From the IMG/VR virus record IMGVR_UViG_3300032677_000040, positions 1 to 54,627 of that record: a stretch of 54,627 bases of DNA. The stretch is one strand, 5' to 3'. The notes below the pieces were generated by a model, which was not told where the DNA came from, did not search any database, and was given only the letters and a program-made list of their open reading frames with translations. This stretch comes from a virus. Its lineage: Duplodnaviria; Caudoviricetes. A program made the translations under genes and the position numbers. Position 1 is the stretch's first letter. Each line of letters starts with the position of its first letter. This document shows positions 11,101 to 21,148 of the stretch, piece after piece.

Positions 11101-13150
11101 AACTCTTTGCACTGGTTTGGAAACAATGACGCAATCGAGCAGTGGAGTAACAGGCGTTTTGCAATTCCCGACGCCAAACAATACTGGCACTCCGTTGACG
11201 ATGAATAATTTCAGCGGTACGGCACTGGGAACGTCAGGCTTAACGTGGACTGGAGGGACCAGTGGTTGCGTTTGGACTCAAACTTCAGGCCCAACATTCT
11301 CCGCAACTACGATGGTGATTACGGCAGCAACGGGATCACCAAATTCCTCTGGGGCGTGGACTGGAGGAACTAGTGGATTTACTTTCACTCCGACAGCGGT
11401 TCCAGTTGCGATTGCGGCATGGACGACCAATCAGTTTGTTGGCATGGTGGTGGCTGTTGTTGGAGGAACGAACGCAGGCTGCAACGGAGTTGTGACCGCG
11501 AACTCCGCCCAGACGATTACTCTCAGTGCGGGATGGACCACGCAGTATTCATTGCTTAATTGTTCTTCTCCGGCCCTCAGCAGCACATTCATCGTTGAGC
11601 CGAACTGGGGAAGTGCAGGCACATTATATTCGTGTGCAACGGGCGCAACTTCTGCCTGCGCTGGAAGTGGTATGACGTTCGCTTTGGTAACTGGAGATGG
11701 AATTGGAACCTGCAATGGATGCTCCAGCAACACAGTTCAAGCTGAAGATGTCAGCGTTCCAGGTTTACTCTGGAGGATTTCACCTTCCAGTGGAACACAC
11801 CTTAAAAACGTTGTGGTTACCATGTCAAATTGGCTCGACACTACAGGCATAGGTGATCCACAGCAATGTTGCGCTCTCGACCGAGATTGGGACGTGCGAA
11901 GGTCTGAAACAATTGGCCTCCCTCTAGTGGGAGGGAACCTAGCAGGAACTTACTACCAAACATGGTCTCTACCTTCGACCGGGGGCATCCCAGCCACGGC
12001 TGCATTGCAAGAGAATCTAGGGACTAAACAGCTTACCTTTACAACTGGGATCGTTGGAAATATCGCCAACACTGGGTCCAATGATGTGTGGGTAGGAGGT
12101 CGAAGTGATCCAAATTGCGGTACAGACATTACCCGCTGCCATCTTGAAGTAAGTCCTAGTATTGGTCCCGCCGCCCCTTACGGGAAACTGAATGCCAATG
12201 GATCACCTTTCACGTTTGTCGCGGGACTTTCGACGGGGACAGGGACGCCCGGATCTTTTCAGTGGTACTGCGGAGCCACCGGCTCATCGGGAAGTGTTCC
12301 TAACGGCGGAGGGAGCAGTCCGTCGTACTGCATGACGCTAGGCACGAGCGGGCTTCTCCTTGGCGCTCCTACAGGCGGCGGGGAAGGTGCAGGAACACTG
12401 AACGCGACGGGCCTGTATGTCAACGGTGTCGCGGTGGGTGGCGGGTTCACGGCAGGCGGCGACCTATCAGGCACGTCTACCTCCCAAGAGGTTGTCGGGG
12501 TGCTGTCTCACGCTCTGCCGTCTATTGCAACGGGTTTCTTGAACTGGACTGGATCGGCATGGGCATTTTCTAGCCAGTACATTTCGTCTTTGACGACAAC
12601 CGGTACCAGTGGACCAGCTACAGTATCGGGCGGCGTTCTGAATATCCCACAATATGCAGGCGGTGGTGGAACCGGTTCTCAGTACCAATCCGCCTACTTC
12701 TCGAATACGAACACCGTGGGAGCCTTCGGACCGGGAATCACTGGTCAGGTAGCCACAAGCCAAGGCGCGAGCTCTGCGCCCGCCTATACGTCACAGGGGC
12801 TAGGTTTAGGCAATGGTGGGAGTCCGGTCACCGCATCAACCTACCTGGTGAAGTGTGACAGTGGAACAACGATCTTGGATCGGGGAACGGTCCTAGTCTT
12901 CCAGTCGGGCGCTTCCGCAATCACCGTGCCGGATACGGGCAATACTGGGTGCGGAGCCGGATTCGCCTTCAAGATTATTGACGATGCTGCGGGAACAATC
13001 ACGATCAGCCGTCAAACGTCATCCACGATCAACATAGCAAACGGGACGACGAATTCTGACGGCCAGACAAGTTTCACGATGGGAAATGGTGCATTTGCAA
13101 CATTCAGCGCGGACGGATCAGGTCACTACTGGGTTACGCTGACGCAATAG
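8135..13150 (+). CDS. Giant tailspike/tail-fibre-like protein with Sec signal peptide
   Basis: Likely start ATG 8135 (TAATG coupling); MKKWIAISLLFLASMAFG|Q; pectate-lyase-3/tailspike-like motifs YDVRDYGLACNGSTNDTAAM and VYPEWWG...NTPAIQAAI; repeated LTTTGT.G.AT.SGGVLNIPQY; many Cys. Confidence 0.75.
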   Translation: MKKWIAISLLFLASMAFGQSVVITGTVLSPSGQPYSNGNGKAQLQPSNVQWLFGNSPVPSPITIASLDSFGRFSVTLTSTAVIQPQSQGPTWQFSFCSQVYASQTQPVCFTMTPMALTTSQDISTQIQAQSAPLPSSGGGITSLGLSVPQGLSVSPSSLSAPGTFAITWNGTPIPNSAIPAPTASALGGVESITCTNQFLSAISTLGVPLCTTPSFVSLTTTGTAGAATLSGGVLNIPQYTSSGGVVSSTAPFQALYSGTPGSTVTTVSGQQKPIYDVRDYGLACNGSTNDTAAMVALRTANTQNAAVAIPVDATHPGPCELGGINLPFALDFSGGGAIGVIANPATPGNGALVQASPGTAYTGNSCTATLNSAPTAGNAVLMEIIYEFGSGTVPNLPTDSANDSFNVLLQSNLSFESNSTSWAAAAVAGGSASQAITVTLAGASTHGVCFAQEVSGEGTGIAVDPGSTFTYASGSSPYSGPYSVTATLEPGDFVLAYGGQGTNNTTCTQGSGFTQPSSTEGNVNGMCLQYQADSSAGSVTATQTTSPNSFSDYWVYNIVGIRPGTSVVHPQAGIIDPDLHQVFVNATGANGAISFFHNLALSRVYPEWWGGSPPVSAATNTPAIQAAINASFNNGGPAYNKVLDLGRGIYNINAETQWYTVEGNAGARFQVDCAPAGGINQTTANLRLMDSQGMDYGRFDNCSWSSSATDTQATALLDIDWNGTTTPNSQKPQFLDFYSNTFGGNKLRAIGVLGAKSGGSAQFSNINFYDPEFIGFTQAAYQIGTPTVLADNAIENFIWGGDMQGNNDYGAAVYGGNIEIIGTSMENGFSATTNEGAQTGYDMYCAQNQGNCIMEYVRSESMHLAACTTCIIKHSYTTDQGVFPVPGGTQPVGTIVDGHNEANAWDGRYYIVTADNGAFGGVGSTSTPVIASGGSGTTIVDTNENVAGSVTTKISLAGETVTQTGTGSTATLLNVPASIGTVAGSLGITLCTGLETMTQSSSGVTGVLQFPTPNNTGTPLTMNNFSGTALGTSGLTWTGGTSGCVWTQTSGPTFSATTMVITAATGSPNSSGAWTGGTSGFTFTPTAVPVAIAAWTTNQFVGMVVAVVGGTNAGCNGVVTANSAQTITLSAGWTTQYSLLNCSSPALSSTFIVEPNWGSAGTLYSCATGATSACAGSGMTFALVTGDGIGTCNGCSSNTVQAEDVSVPGLLWRISPSSGTHLKNVVVTMSNWLDTTGIGDPQQCCALDRDWDVRRSETIGLPLVGGNLAGTYYQTWSLPSTGGIPATAALQENLGTKQLTFTTGIVGNIANTGSNDVWVGGRSDPNCGTDITRCHLEVSPSIGPAAPYGKLNANGSPFTFVAGLSTGTGTPGSFQWYCGATGSSGSVPNGGGSSPSYCMTLGTSGLLLGAPTGGGEGAGTLNATGLYVNGVAVGGGFTAGGDLSGTSTSQEVVGVLSHALPSIATGFLNWTGSAWAFSSQYISSLTTTGTSGPATVSGGVLNIPQYAGGGGTGSQYQSAYFSNTNTVGAFGPGITGQVATSQGASSAPAYTSQGLGLGNGGSPVTASTYLVKCDSGTTILDRGTVLVFQSGASAITVPDTGNTGCGAGFAFKIIDDAAGTITISRQTSSTINIANGTTNSDGQTSFTMGNGAFATFSADGSGHYWVTLTQ

Positions 13151-13158
13151 GGAGGCTT

Positions 13159-15393
13159 ATGAAACGGATTATTTTGGTGCTTTTAGTGGCGGCCTGCTTC
13201 GGACAGAACGGTCTGCATGACTTCGCGCCTTCACTCGGCAGGGGGCTCAACGTCAACGTCGTTGGTGGGGTGGCGGCGATCAGCACCGTTCCAACGGCCA
13301 TCGCAGGGACTTCCGTAGGAGTCGCGGCGAATACCACAACCTACATCTATGTGGACCTGTCCGCGGCGATCATTTCGTCAAACACCAGCGGTTTTACCTC
13401 GACGGAATACCCCGTGGCCACGGTGGTGACTAATTCTACCCAGATTGTGACGTTGACGGATGATCGGCCGGGGGCCTATGCGGTGTCAGGCGGTGGGGGG
13501 AGCGGTACGGTTTCGTCTGTCTCTAACTCGGACGGAACCTTAACCATTACCCCCACGACAGGGGCCGTGATTGCTGCATTGGCCTTGGCTCATGCGAACA
13601 CTTGGACGGGACAGCAAACCTTTGTCGCTCCGATTTTAGGCACTCCTGCGTCCGGGATCATCACCAACCTGACCGGTACCTGTACGAGTTGCACGTCGAA
13701 TCTGGCCGTCAACATCAGTACAAACGGTACAGCAAACCAGGTTTGGGGCATGAACTCTGGTGCGACTGCGCAGGGATGGCAGACGGTGAGCGCAGCCGGC
13801 GCTAATACGTCACTCTCGAACCTCGTTTCCCCCGTCGCCAATGTGCCGATCGGACTGCCGGCCGGCACCATTTCAGCGCCATCAATCTTCGATTCCACCG
13901 ATGTGTCGACGGGAATTTACTTCGACGGGCAGGGCAGCGGGAGCATCGACTTCGTTCTGCATGGCGTCGAGTATTTGCAAATGGCGACGACGACCCATGG
14001 AGCATTTCAGATCCGTTCGCCCATCTGCGACTACGTCACATCGACTGGCTGCTGGACGTTCGCCAGCTCTGGCCTCACCGCGTCGGTGCCGGTTCTTCTC
14101 GCTGGATCTAGCAGCGGCACATTCGAGCTCAGCGCCAATAGCACCGGCTCCCAGCTCAACCTTGGTCCGGATGCGAACGTGACTTCAGCGGGAGCGCTGA
14201 CGGTCACGTCTTGCACGGGGTGCGGAGGCGGAGTCACATCTATTGCAACCACCTCCCCGATCACTGGTGGAACTATCACTACGACTGGAACTATCGCTTG
14301 CGCGACGTGCGTTACCTCGGCGGCTTCGCTGACTAGCACGGCTATTATGACTGGCGCTGGTTCGCAAGCGTCGCAGACGCCGGATACGACCGCGACCTTG
14401 AGTTCTGGCGGCGTACTGGCCGGTGTGTCAATGGCTGAAAATCTGCTCACCGGAGCGGCGGCGGCGGGGACAATCACCGAAGGCGGGTCAACTTTCAGCG
14501 TAACTCGCGCGGGTGTATCCACGGCTAACCTGACCGCCCCTTGGGTGTTTCAGAATACGAACTCCACTAACAACAACACGTCGATCACGCTGGGCATCAC
14601 TTCTCCGGGAACATCTACAGGCCAAACTACACTGAACATCAACGGCGCAACAACGGGGGGCGATCTCACAGATTGGGGCACCGGCGGGACATGGACGGCG
14701 GGAGTTTTGTCGGGACAGACGAACGTGGCCAAGGTCGGGATAACGGGCGGGTTTACCGGACTCAATTTCACAGGCAACGGAACAACTGCTGGATTCATTG
14801 ATTTCGCGCAAGGTTCAACCAGTGCAGCGGTAGCACCCTGCAATACGGCCAACAGCATTTGCGATCAAGCTCCAACGGCGGTAACAGCCGGCGTTCGCAC
14901 TCTTCCGCCCGCTCTGGCCCAAGGCGTGTTGACGAACGCTGGTTCTTCGTCGGCATTGCAGCAAGGTTATAGCGGGGATGCGGGCCACTCAACTACGGTG
15001 ACGATCAGTTCCGCAACTTCGGTTAGCTCCACGTCTTTGTGCTCAACCACGATTTGCCCGGCCGGTACCTATCAGATCAATGGCTATCTTGATGTGACCA
15101 CCGCCTGTTCGACGACCGGCGGATATTTTGTCAGCATCATCTTTACGGACGACGCGGGATCAAAGACCGTAGTGATGCCGCTGATCGGAACCGGGGTCAC
15201 GGCCAGTCTGCTCACTTCAACGGGAATCAGTTCATCGCTGGCGTTGTCATCAACCAGCAACTTCGCCCAAGGCGATCTGTTCATCCGTTCAACGGGCGCG
15301 GCATCAATCAACTATTCGACGACCGCCAGTGCATGCGCGACGGGTGGTCCGGCTGCGGGCAAACTGTATTTATCAGTTATCCCAGTTCAGTAG
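13159..15393 (+). CDS. Thr/Ser/Gly-rich fibre-like protein with signal peptide
   Basis: GGGAGG RBS; MKRIILVLLVAACFG|Q (VAAC could alternatively be a lipobox); fibre-type motifs GTVSSV, ANTWTGQQTF, ANTSLSNL; CxxC pairs. Confidence 0.75.
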   Translation: MKRIILVLLVAACFGQNGLHDFAPSLGRGLNVNVVGGVAAISTVPTAIAGTSVGVAANTTTYIYVDLSAAIISSNTSGFTSTEYPVATVVTNSTQIVTLTDDRPGAYAVSGGGGSGTVSSVSNSDGTLTITPTTGAVIAALALAHANTWTGQQTFVAPILGTPASGIITNLTGTCTSCTSNLAVNISTNGTANQVWGMNSGATAQGWQTVSAAGANTSLSNLVSPVANVPIGLPAGTISAPSIFDSTDVSTGIYFDGQGSGSIDFVLHGVEYLQMATTTHGAFQIRSPICDYVTSTGCWTFASSGLTASVPVLLAGSSSGTFELSANSTGSQLNLGPDANVTSAGALTVTSCTGCGGGVTSIATTSPITGGTITTTGTIACATCVTSAASLTSTAIMTGAGSQASQTPDTTATLSSGGVLAGVSMAENLLTGAAAAGTITEGGSTFSVTRAGVSTANLTAPWVFQNTNSTNNNTSITLGITSPGTSTGQTTLNINGATTGGDLTDWGTGGTWTAGVLSGQTNVAKVGITGGFTGLNFTGNGTTAGFIDFAQGSTSAAVAPCNTANSICDQAPTAVTAGVRTLPPALAQGVLTNAGSSSALQQGYSGDAGHSTTVTISSATSVSSTSLCSTTICPAGTYQINGYLDVTTACSTTGGYFVSIIFTDDAGSKTVVMPLIGTGVTASLLTSTGISSSLALSSTSNFAQGDLFIRSTGAASINYSTTASACATGGPAAGKLYLSVIPVQ

Positions 15394-15400
15394 GAGGCAT

Positions 15401-16204
15401 ATGCGTTTTAGGGTAGCGATTGCGTGGCTGATTCTTGCGAACGGATTGATCTCCGGGCAGGGCATCGGAGGGCAAGCGGGAATAGGTGGTAAGGCTGGCT
15501 TGGGCGGAGGCGCACCGAGCGGCGGGGCTATTCCTGGATATGTCCAAGGGAAGGTGTGCGATAACCCCGCGACAACTACGACCATCACCTGCACTTACAC
15601 GAGCAACGTGACTTCCGGCGATTGTATGACGGTCGGGGGTGCCCTTTACGTGGGCGGCTTGGGCAGCAATCCAACAGTAACAATCACCTCCAGTGGAGAC
15701 ACTTGGACAACCGACACTTACTACATTCAGATTGCTAACTATAGTCGGGCCGTGTTTCTTGCGCACGGTAAAGCTGCTTCTGGTGGAAGCAAAACTATTA
15801 CGGCAACCTTCTCGGTTAGTTTTGGCGGCGGAGCATCCGAGGGGATTTTTGTCCAAGAATTATCCCATCTGAACTGTACTTTAGATAAGGCGATCACAGC
15901 CAATTCCGCCGGAAGCTTGAATTCCGGAACCACTTCATTTACCAGTGGCACGATGACGACAACGAGTGACGCGGTGGATATGCTCGTCGCCAATTGCGGA
16001 GCCGGAGCTTCGGAAACATGGACCGCTGGAGGGGTGCAGGATTCCGGAGTTGGTTATGCGATCGACGCGACCAACGGAGTAGACACAGCTTCTAGTCCTG
16101 CCGCGATTGAATATCAGGCCGTAAGCGCGACGGGGGCTTTTGCTGGGCTAATGACTATCAGTTCTGCGGCCAGTGGGCCGTGCGTGGTAGTAGCTCTGAA
16201 TTAA
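15401..16204 (+). CDS. Secreted beta-rich protein
   Basis: GGAGG RBS before ATG 15401; MRFRVAIAWLILANGLISG|Q then a Gly-rich linker; domain resembles the insert in the 8135 protein. Confidence 0.7.
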   Translation: MRFRVAIAWLILANGLISGQGIGGQAGIGGKAGLGGGAPSGGAIPGYVQGKVCDNPATTTTITCTYTSNVTSGDCMTVGGALYVGGLGSNPTVTITSSGDTWTTDTYYIQIANYSRAVFLAHGKAASGGSKTITATFSVSFGGGASEGIFVQELSHLNCTLDKAITANSAGSLNSGTTSFTSGTMTTTSDAVDMLVANCGAGASETWTAGGVQDSGVGYAIDATNGVDTASSPAAIEYQAVSATGAFAGLMTISSAASGPCVVVALN

Positions 16205-16205
16205 C

Positions 16206-19200
16206 ATGAAGCGATTTCTCCTAATCCTGATTGTTTGCTGGGCGCGTCTAGCCTTCTCGCAAGGATCCTGCTCGAACTTTGCCGGAGGATCGTGTCCGGC
16301 GAACATCCCGTCGGGCGTTGTGCATTTTTATTTCATCGACCCTTCGTCGGGCTCGGACTCTAACAGCGGAGCATCCGAATCGGCGGCTTGGGCACATCTG
16401 CCGGGAATGACCGGCGTCACTGCTGGCGTCGGACCGGGAGTCATCGACAACTACGCAGGCACGGGAACAGACAATTGCGGTTCAAGCACTTGCGATTTCC
16501 ACGCCTATGGTTTCATCGTGCGCGGCGGCACAACCTTTACATCTGCTTCGCTGCCGATGTTCATGCGCGAGATGGGAACCTCAGCCGCACCACTTTACTT
16601 CGGCGTCGATCCCGGATGGTATTCGGGCGGATCCTGGTCGCGTCCGATCTTCAATGCTGGCGGATCGTCAGCTAACCTCTGCGGCAATACCGCGACCGCC
16701 GCCACCGGATCAACCTGCTTTGGCGGCAACGGGCTGATCACTTTTTCCCCGACCGGCTATGTCTACTGGGACAATTTCGAGTTCACGAACCTCTACTGGT
16801 ATGCCTCCGGAGTTACTAACGGGCAAGAAACCTATCTCAATTTCGCTCGCTGCAACAGCACCGGAAATTGCGTCCTCGAGCACAATTATGCGCACGGCTG
16901 GGCGCACCATGCCTACAGCTCGGGAGCGAACGCCGACGTTTGCAATCTTTTCGCGGGCGACACTTCGGTCGTGGACCGCACGTCCATTGCCGAGTTCAAC
17001 GTGGTTGACGGCTCGGATACGGCGGAAGATGCGTGCGTGGCCTTCTGGGGCGGTCCGCCCTTCGCCAACAACAACTACATCCATGGCGTCCCGAACGGGG
17101 CAGTCGTTGATAGCGTCATCTCGTGGTCAGGCAACTGGTTCGACACGATCACCACCTCCTACGATACGACGCAACACCAAAATACTTTCGAGGACAATGG
17201 AGCGCATAACAACGAATTCTTTTATAACAACGTCGCCACGAACACGACAAATTCTGACGGTCTAACTCTAAACTTCGCACCATGCACAGGGACAACGACT
17301 TACGTCTTCAACAATGTGGAAGGAAACACCGATGACACTCCGCTGAATGTGCAGCCAGAATGCGGCACCGGAACACTTTTCGTTTTCAACAACACCATCG
17401 AGCTCGGTGCGGACAGTGTGGCGGGCACCGGCAATAGTGGAGTGGGGACAGGCACTTATCCTGGCTGCCCAACCGGACTCGCGGGATGCACCTATCGCAA
17501 CAACCAGTTCATCGGCACAAATACGCAAGCGGATCAGACCTGTAACGCAACTTGCACCAACACCACGGATCTGAGTCAGACCATCGCGGTGGCGAAGGCG
17601 AACTCGAGCCCGGCCTTTAACCAGTACGCATTTTCGCAGTCCCCTTATATTTTCAGTCCCACCGCAAGCACCAATTCAACGGTTGGGGCGGGCACGAACA
17701 CGGCTAGCGTCTGCACCACGATCTCTGGACTAAACTCGGCGGCTGGCACGGCTTGCAGCAGCGATACGAATTATGGCGTGACCTATAACTCCACGGCGCA
17801 CACCGTCAGCGCTCCCGCTCGCACAGTGAATTCGCGGCCAGCATCCGGTGCGTGGGACATCGCAGCTTACGAATACGCGCTTTCCCAAGCTACTGCTCCT
17901 ACCTGCACTCCGACCTCGGGCAATGCACCACAGAGCTTAACGTGTTCCAATTCTAATTCGGCTCCTACCGTGATGTGTGCGGCGATTTCTCCGTCGAATC
18001 CTGTAAGCAATGGAGCAGGAACAGGATGCCATGTTGGCACCCCGCTAGGCACAGGAAGTTCAGAACCCTATTCAGCGCTCATCGGCGGAACCTACAATTT
18101 CATCGCAGGAACCGCCTCACTCGCAGATAGCAACGAAACGTCCTACACCTTCGGCAACTGCCCCACCTCCACCCAAGCCGGCGTCCCTGGCATCCCTAAT
18201 TATGGCGGGCTACGAGTCGATACCTGCACCATGAACATCGGAGCAATTCCAAATGTCTGGACGAGCTACTCCACAGACAATGGATTTACGGGTGCGGGGC
18301 TTTGCACAACGAATGATGCTGGGAATGTGATTTGCCGGGTTTCAGACGGAAACTCTGACCCCACGCTAATCGGTGGAACATTTACCACGAACTACTCCGG
18401 TTCGGACGTTGACCAGCACATTTCCCTAGACGGTTCACAGTTTGTCATCGGGCGGGATGGCTCATCGAATAGCTATCTGTACGTCTATTCTGGGATTGGA
18501 AGTCCACAACCTGTCACGATTTCCGGATCACCTTACACCATCCCGACCAAGATCGTAGCTTTTAGCCAGAGTACTCCCAAAAAACTGTACGCGATGAATA
18601 TCGTCCAGGGTGGACCATCGCCAGTGACGGCGGTTAACGGGTCGGGACAATACACCGGTACGATCGCAGCGGGGAGTTCCAACAACCTCGCGGGGGACTA
18701 CGGTATAACGTCCGGCTTCGGGGCTGGCGGCAATATCACTTCCCCGACGCTCATAACCGCTTCGACGGGAACCAGTGTTTCTTTCAGTGTGACAACAACC
18801 GCGCAATCCTGTCCTGGAACCTGTACGCTGACGGTCGTCTCGCAGGCAGCCATCTCGAGCTATAACCTCTCGGCCTGTACTGCAACCTCTTGCTCTCCAA
18901 CCCCAACTGCTATTTACGATTTCGCGCAGGGCACCTGCCTAAACTGGGCGAATGGCTTTCAGCCGTCGTGGTCTAGCGTTTGGCGCGTCTCAAACGACGA
19001 TTCGACGTTTAGCATTGCGTTTTCGAACAATCAGGGCGCGGCGGGAGGACAGAATACTGGGACGCTCATAGCGACCTACAAAGTGGGGAGTGGGTGTCGG
19101 GTGATGAACAGTTTCCCTGCCTCGATAGCTCTCACAGCCGTAAACGGCTCTGGAGTCTATTCCTGCACCTGCCCGGGCGCGGCGGCAAACCTCTATGCCT

Positions 19201-20750
19201 ACGCGACCATGACCGTCACCGGATTCACCAATTCGGATAACGACGTCACCAACGCGCTTATAACGGCTTCTAGCGCGACTTCAATTACGATCTCGGCTAC
19301 CACCACCACCGAGACTGCGAGCGCTTCAGCGGCCTTCTCTGTCGCAGGAATACCCGGTTCTACGATCGTTGGAGACTATGGACCGACCGGGGCCGTGGCG
19401 ATGACCAATTGTGGTGGCACTCCGGGGGCTTGCTCAACTCCAGACGCTTACGCGATTCACGATATGTACCAATTTGGGAACGCCAATGCGAATTATACCG
19501 TTGGCGAGAAGTGCTTAGGAGGCACAGGCTGTACGCCGGGAACGACCACCTTGGATCAGCCTTACGCGTGGCTCATCGATTCCCTGAACGTTCTCGCAAC
19601 GAACTCCTCTGGGCATTTTGGGGTGGGCTACGACTACATCATGCACGGGACAAACAGTCCGCAGGGGCAAACAGGATTGTTTGAAGTGCAGAGTGGTGGT
19701 TCGCTCGTAAGTTCTCCGAGCAGCATCAACATTGTCTCAACCACCTCGCCCGATAATCTGCCAAACCCCGGCGCCATCATTCTGGATATTCACTGCTCAT
19801 GGAATGACAACTTGGGTATCGATTACTACCCAGTAGAATGCGGGAATACGACCGTTGCCATTGACATGGCACAGACGCCGCCTCACTTTGCGAACAACGG
19901 ATGCGACCAGCACGGCTACCTCCAGAGTCCACCGAATTGCCTGACGACGAATCCGTTTACAGGGCCACTTGTCAACGAACTGATTATCTACCCTACAGCA
20001 CCTTTGGGAGGGCCAGTTTGCACTTCCGCGCCGTGCAGCGTCTTGCCCTTACTGCGCCTTGGGAATGGCTATATCAGTGCAGTCTCAAACGACTTTTCGG
20101 CAGCAAATCTGATTGAGAGCATATCCCCGAATGGTGCCTACGTCCTGTACACGACGGATCACATGTGCACTTTGGGTGCAACATCGGTGTCTATTACCGG
20201 GTTTACGGGGTCAAGCGGAACCTTGACCTTTACGGCGGTTAATGCGTTCTCTGCTGGAAATAGCTTCGCCCTCGGCGGATTCTCCGGAGCCAATGCTGGG
20301 CTCAACGGGCAGACGGTAACAGTCCTATCTGCCGGCCTAAGCGGGACACAGTTTGAGGCGACGGTGACAGGATCGGGCTATACGGGAGGCAACGGTAAGG
20401 CGATCAACGCCCCACCCTATATCTGTGGCGGTCCGTTATGGCAATCCACCAACAACTACAACGCTGGGGACGTAATGACCCCACTCACAGCGAATACACC
20501 GAACTGCACCTATCATGCCCAAGCGGCGGGCACTAGCGGGAGCACACAGCCAACATGGGTAAGTAGCAATCTGTGCATCACCACACCGATTACAGACGGC
20601 ACGGTAACGTGGATCTATGACGGGATGCAGAACATGAGAGGTGACGTTTTTATGGTCAAAACGGGGATCGCGAACGTTGTCATCCCGCCGAACAATTTTT
20701 TGCTCTTAGGTTCGACCTACGCAAACCGTCTTTTCGATGGAGGATATTGA
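16206..20750 (+). CDS. Giant secreted Cys-rich beta-helix/adhesin-like protein
   Basis: MKRFLLILIVCWARLAFS|Q; YFIDPSSGSDSNSG start and Asn-ladder (FFYNNV, YVFNNV, FVFNNTI) of a parallel beta-helix; WDIAAYEY motif; C-terminal CBM5/12-like module. Confidence 0.75.
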   Translation: MKRFLLILIVCWARLAFSQGSCSNFAGGSCPANIPSGVVHFYFIDPSSGSDSNSGASESAAWAHLPGMTGVTAGVGPGVIDNYAGTGTDNCGSSTCDFHAYGFIVRGGTTFTSASLPMFMREMGTSAAPLYFGVDPGWYSGGSWSRPIFNAGGSSANLCGNTATAATGSTCFGGNGLITFSPTGYVYWDNFEFTNLYWYASGVTNGQETYLNFARCNSTGNCVLEHNYAHGWAHHAYSSGANADVCNLFAGDTSVVDRTSIAEFNVVDGSDTAEDACVAFWGGPPFANNNYIHGVPNGAVVDSVISWSGNWFDTITTSYDTTQHQNTFEDNGAHNNEFFYNNVATNTTNSDGLTLNFAPCTGTTTYVFNNVEGNTDDTPLNVQPECGTGTLFVFNNTIELGADSVAGTGNSGVGTGTYPGCPTGLAGCTYRNNQFIGTNTQADQTCNATCTNTTDLSQTIAVAKANSSPAFNQYAFSQSPYIFSPTASTNSTVGAGTNTASVCTTISGLNSAAGTACSSDTNYGVTYNSTAHTVSAPARTVNSRPASGAWDIAAYEYALSQATAPTCTPTSGNAPQSLTCSNSNSAPTVMCAAISPSNPVSNGAGTGCHVGTPLGTGSSEPYSALIGGTYNFIAGTASLADSNETSYTFGNCPTSTQAGVPGIPNYGGLRVDTCTMNIGAIPNVWTSYSTDNGFTGAGLCTTNDAGNVICRVSDGNSDPTLIGGTFTTNYSGSDVDQHISLDGSQFVIGRDGSSNSYLYVYSGIGSPQPVTISGSPYTIPTKIVAFSQSTPKKLYAMNIVQGGPSPVTAVNGSGQYTGTIAAGSSNNLAGDYGITSGFGAGGNITSPTLITASTGTSVSFSVTTTAQSCPGTCTLTVVSQAAISSYNLSACTATSCSPTPTAIYDFAQGTCLNWANGFQPSWSSVWRVSNDDSTFSIAFSNNQGAAGGQNTGTLIATYKVGSGCRVMNSFPASIALTAVNGSGVYSCTCPGAAANLYAYATMTVTGFTNSDNDVTNALITASSATSITISATTTTETASASAAFSVAGIPGSTIVGDYGPTGAVAMTNCGGTPGACSTPDAYAIHDMYQFGNANANYTVGEKCLGGTGCTPGTTTLDQPYAWLIDSLNVLATNSSGHFGVGYDYIMHGTNSPQGQTGLFEVQSGGSLVSSPSSINIVSTTSPDNLPNPGAIILDIHCSWNDNLGIDYYPVECGNTTVAIDMAQTPPHFANNGCDQHGYLQSPPNCLTTNPFTGPLVNELIIYPTAPLGGPVCTSAPCSVLPLLRLGNGYISAVSNDFSAANLIESISPNGAYVLYTTDHMCTLGATSVSITGFTGSSGTLTFTAVNAFSAGNSFALGGFSGANAGLNGQTVTVLSAGLSGTQFEATVTGSGYTGGNGKAINAPPYICGGPLWQSTNNYNAGDVMTPLTANTPNCTYHAQAAGTSGSTQPTWVSSNLCITTPITDGTVTWIYDGMQNMRGDVFMVKTGIANVVIPPNNFLLLGSTYANRLFDGGY

Positions 20751-21139
20751 TGAAACAAATTCCGTACGCCTTAACCGCTCTGATGCTGATTGTCTTAGCT
20801 TGGCGGGAGCCTATCAAAACCGTTCAGGCTCAGTCCTCCTACGCCTTCTTAGCCCCTGTAGCGTCACTGCAAGCATGTGCTTGGCCTTCGGGGATGACGA
20901 CAGGCTTTGCCCTATGCCCCATTACGGCAAACGGGTCTACGGTAGTTGCCTTCGCCGCGAGTGGGGGACCGTTTACAGTGCCCTCCCAAGGGCCTAGCGG
21001 GGCCGCTGGAGCGCCCGGGCAAGGGTTTGCGATAGGAACCGCCATCACGTTCAAAGAAACCTGCCCTAAGGGCTCCGGATCGATTCCGGCTGGATTTACG
21101 ACAAGCGGGTGTACTCTGACCATAACTGGGCTCAACTAG
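20750..21139 (+). CDS. Small secreted protein with short collagen-like segment
   Basis: MKQIPYALTALMLIVLAWREPIKTVQA|Q; GPSGAAGAPGQG; four Cys. Confidence 0.65.
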   Translation: MKQIPYALTALMLIVLAWREPIKTVQAQSSYAFLAPVASLQACAWPSGMTTGFALCPITANGSTVVAFAASGGPFTVPSQGPSGAAGAPGQGFAIGTAITFKETCPKGSGSIPAGFTTSGCTLTITGLN

Positions 21140-21148
21140 GAGGCAAAC

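Noticed and set aside
8135-20750. Diversity-generating retroelement acting on the fibre genes
   Set aside because: No reverse transcriptase and no near-identical TR/VR pair seen; internal repeats are diverged protein-level repeats
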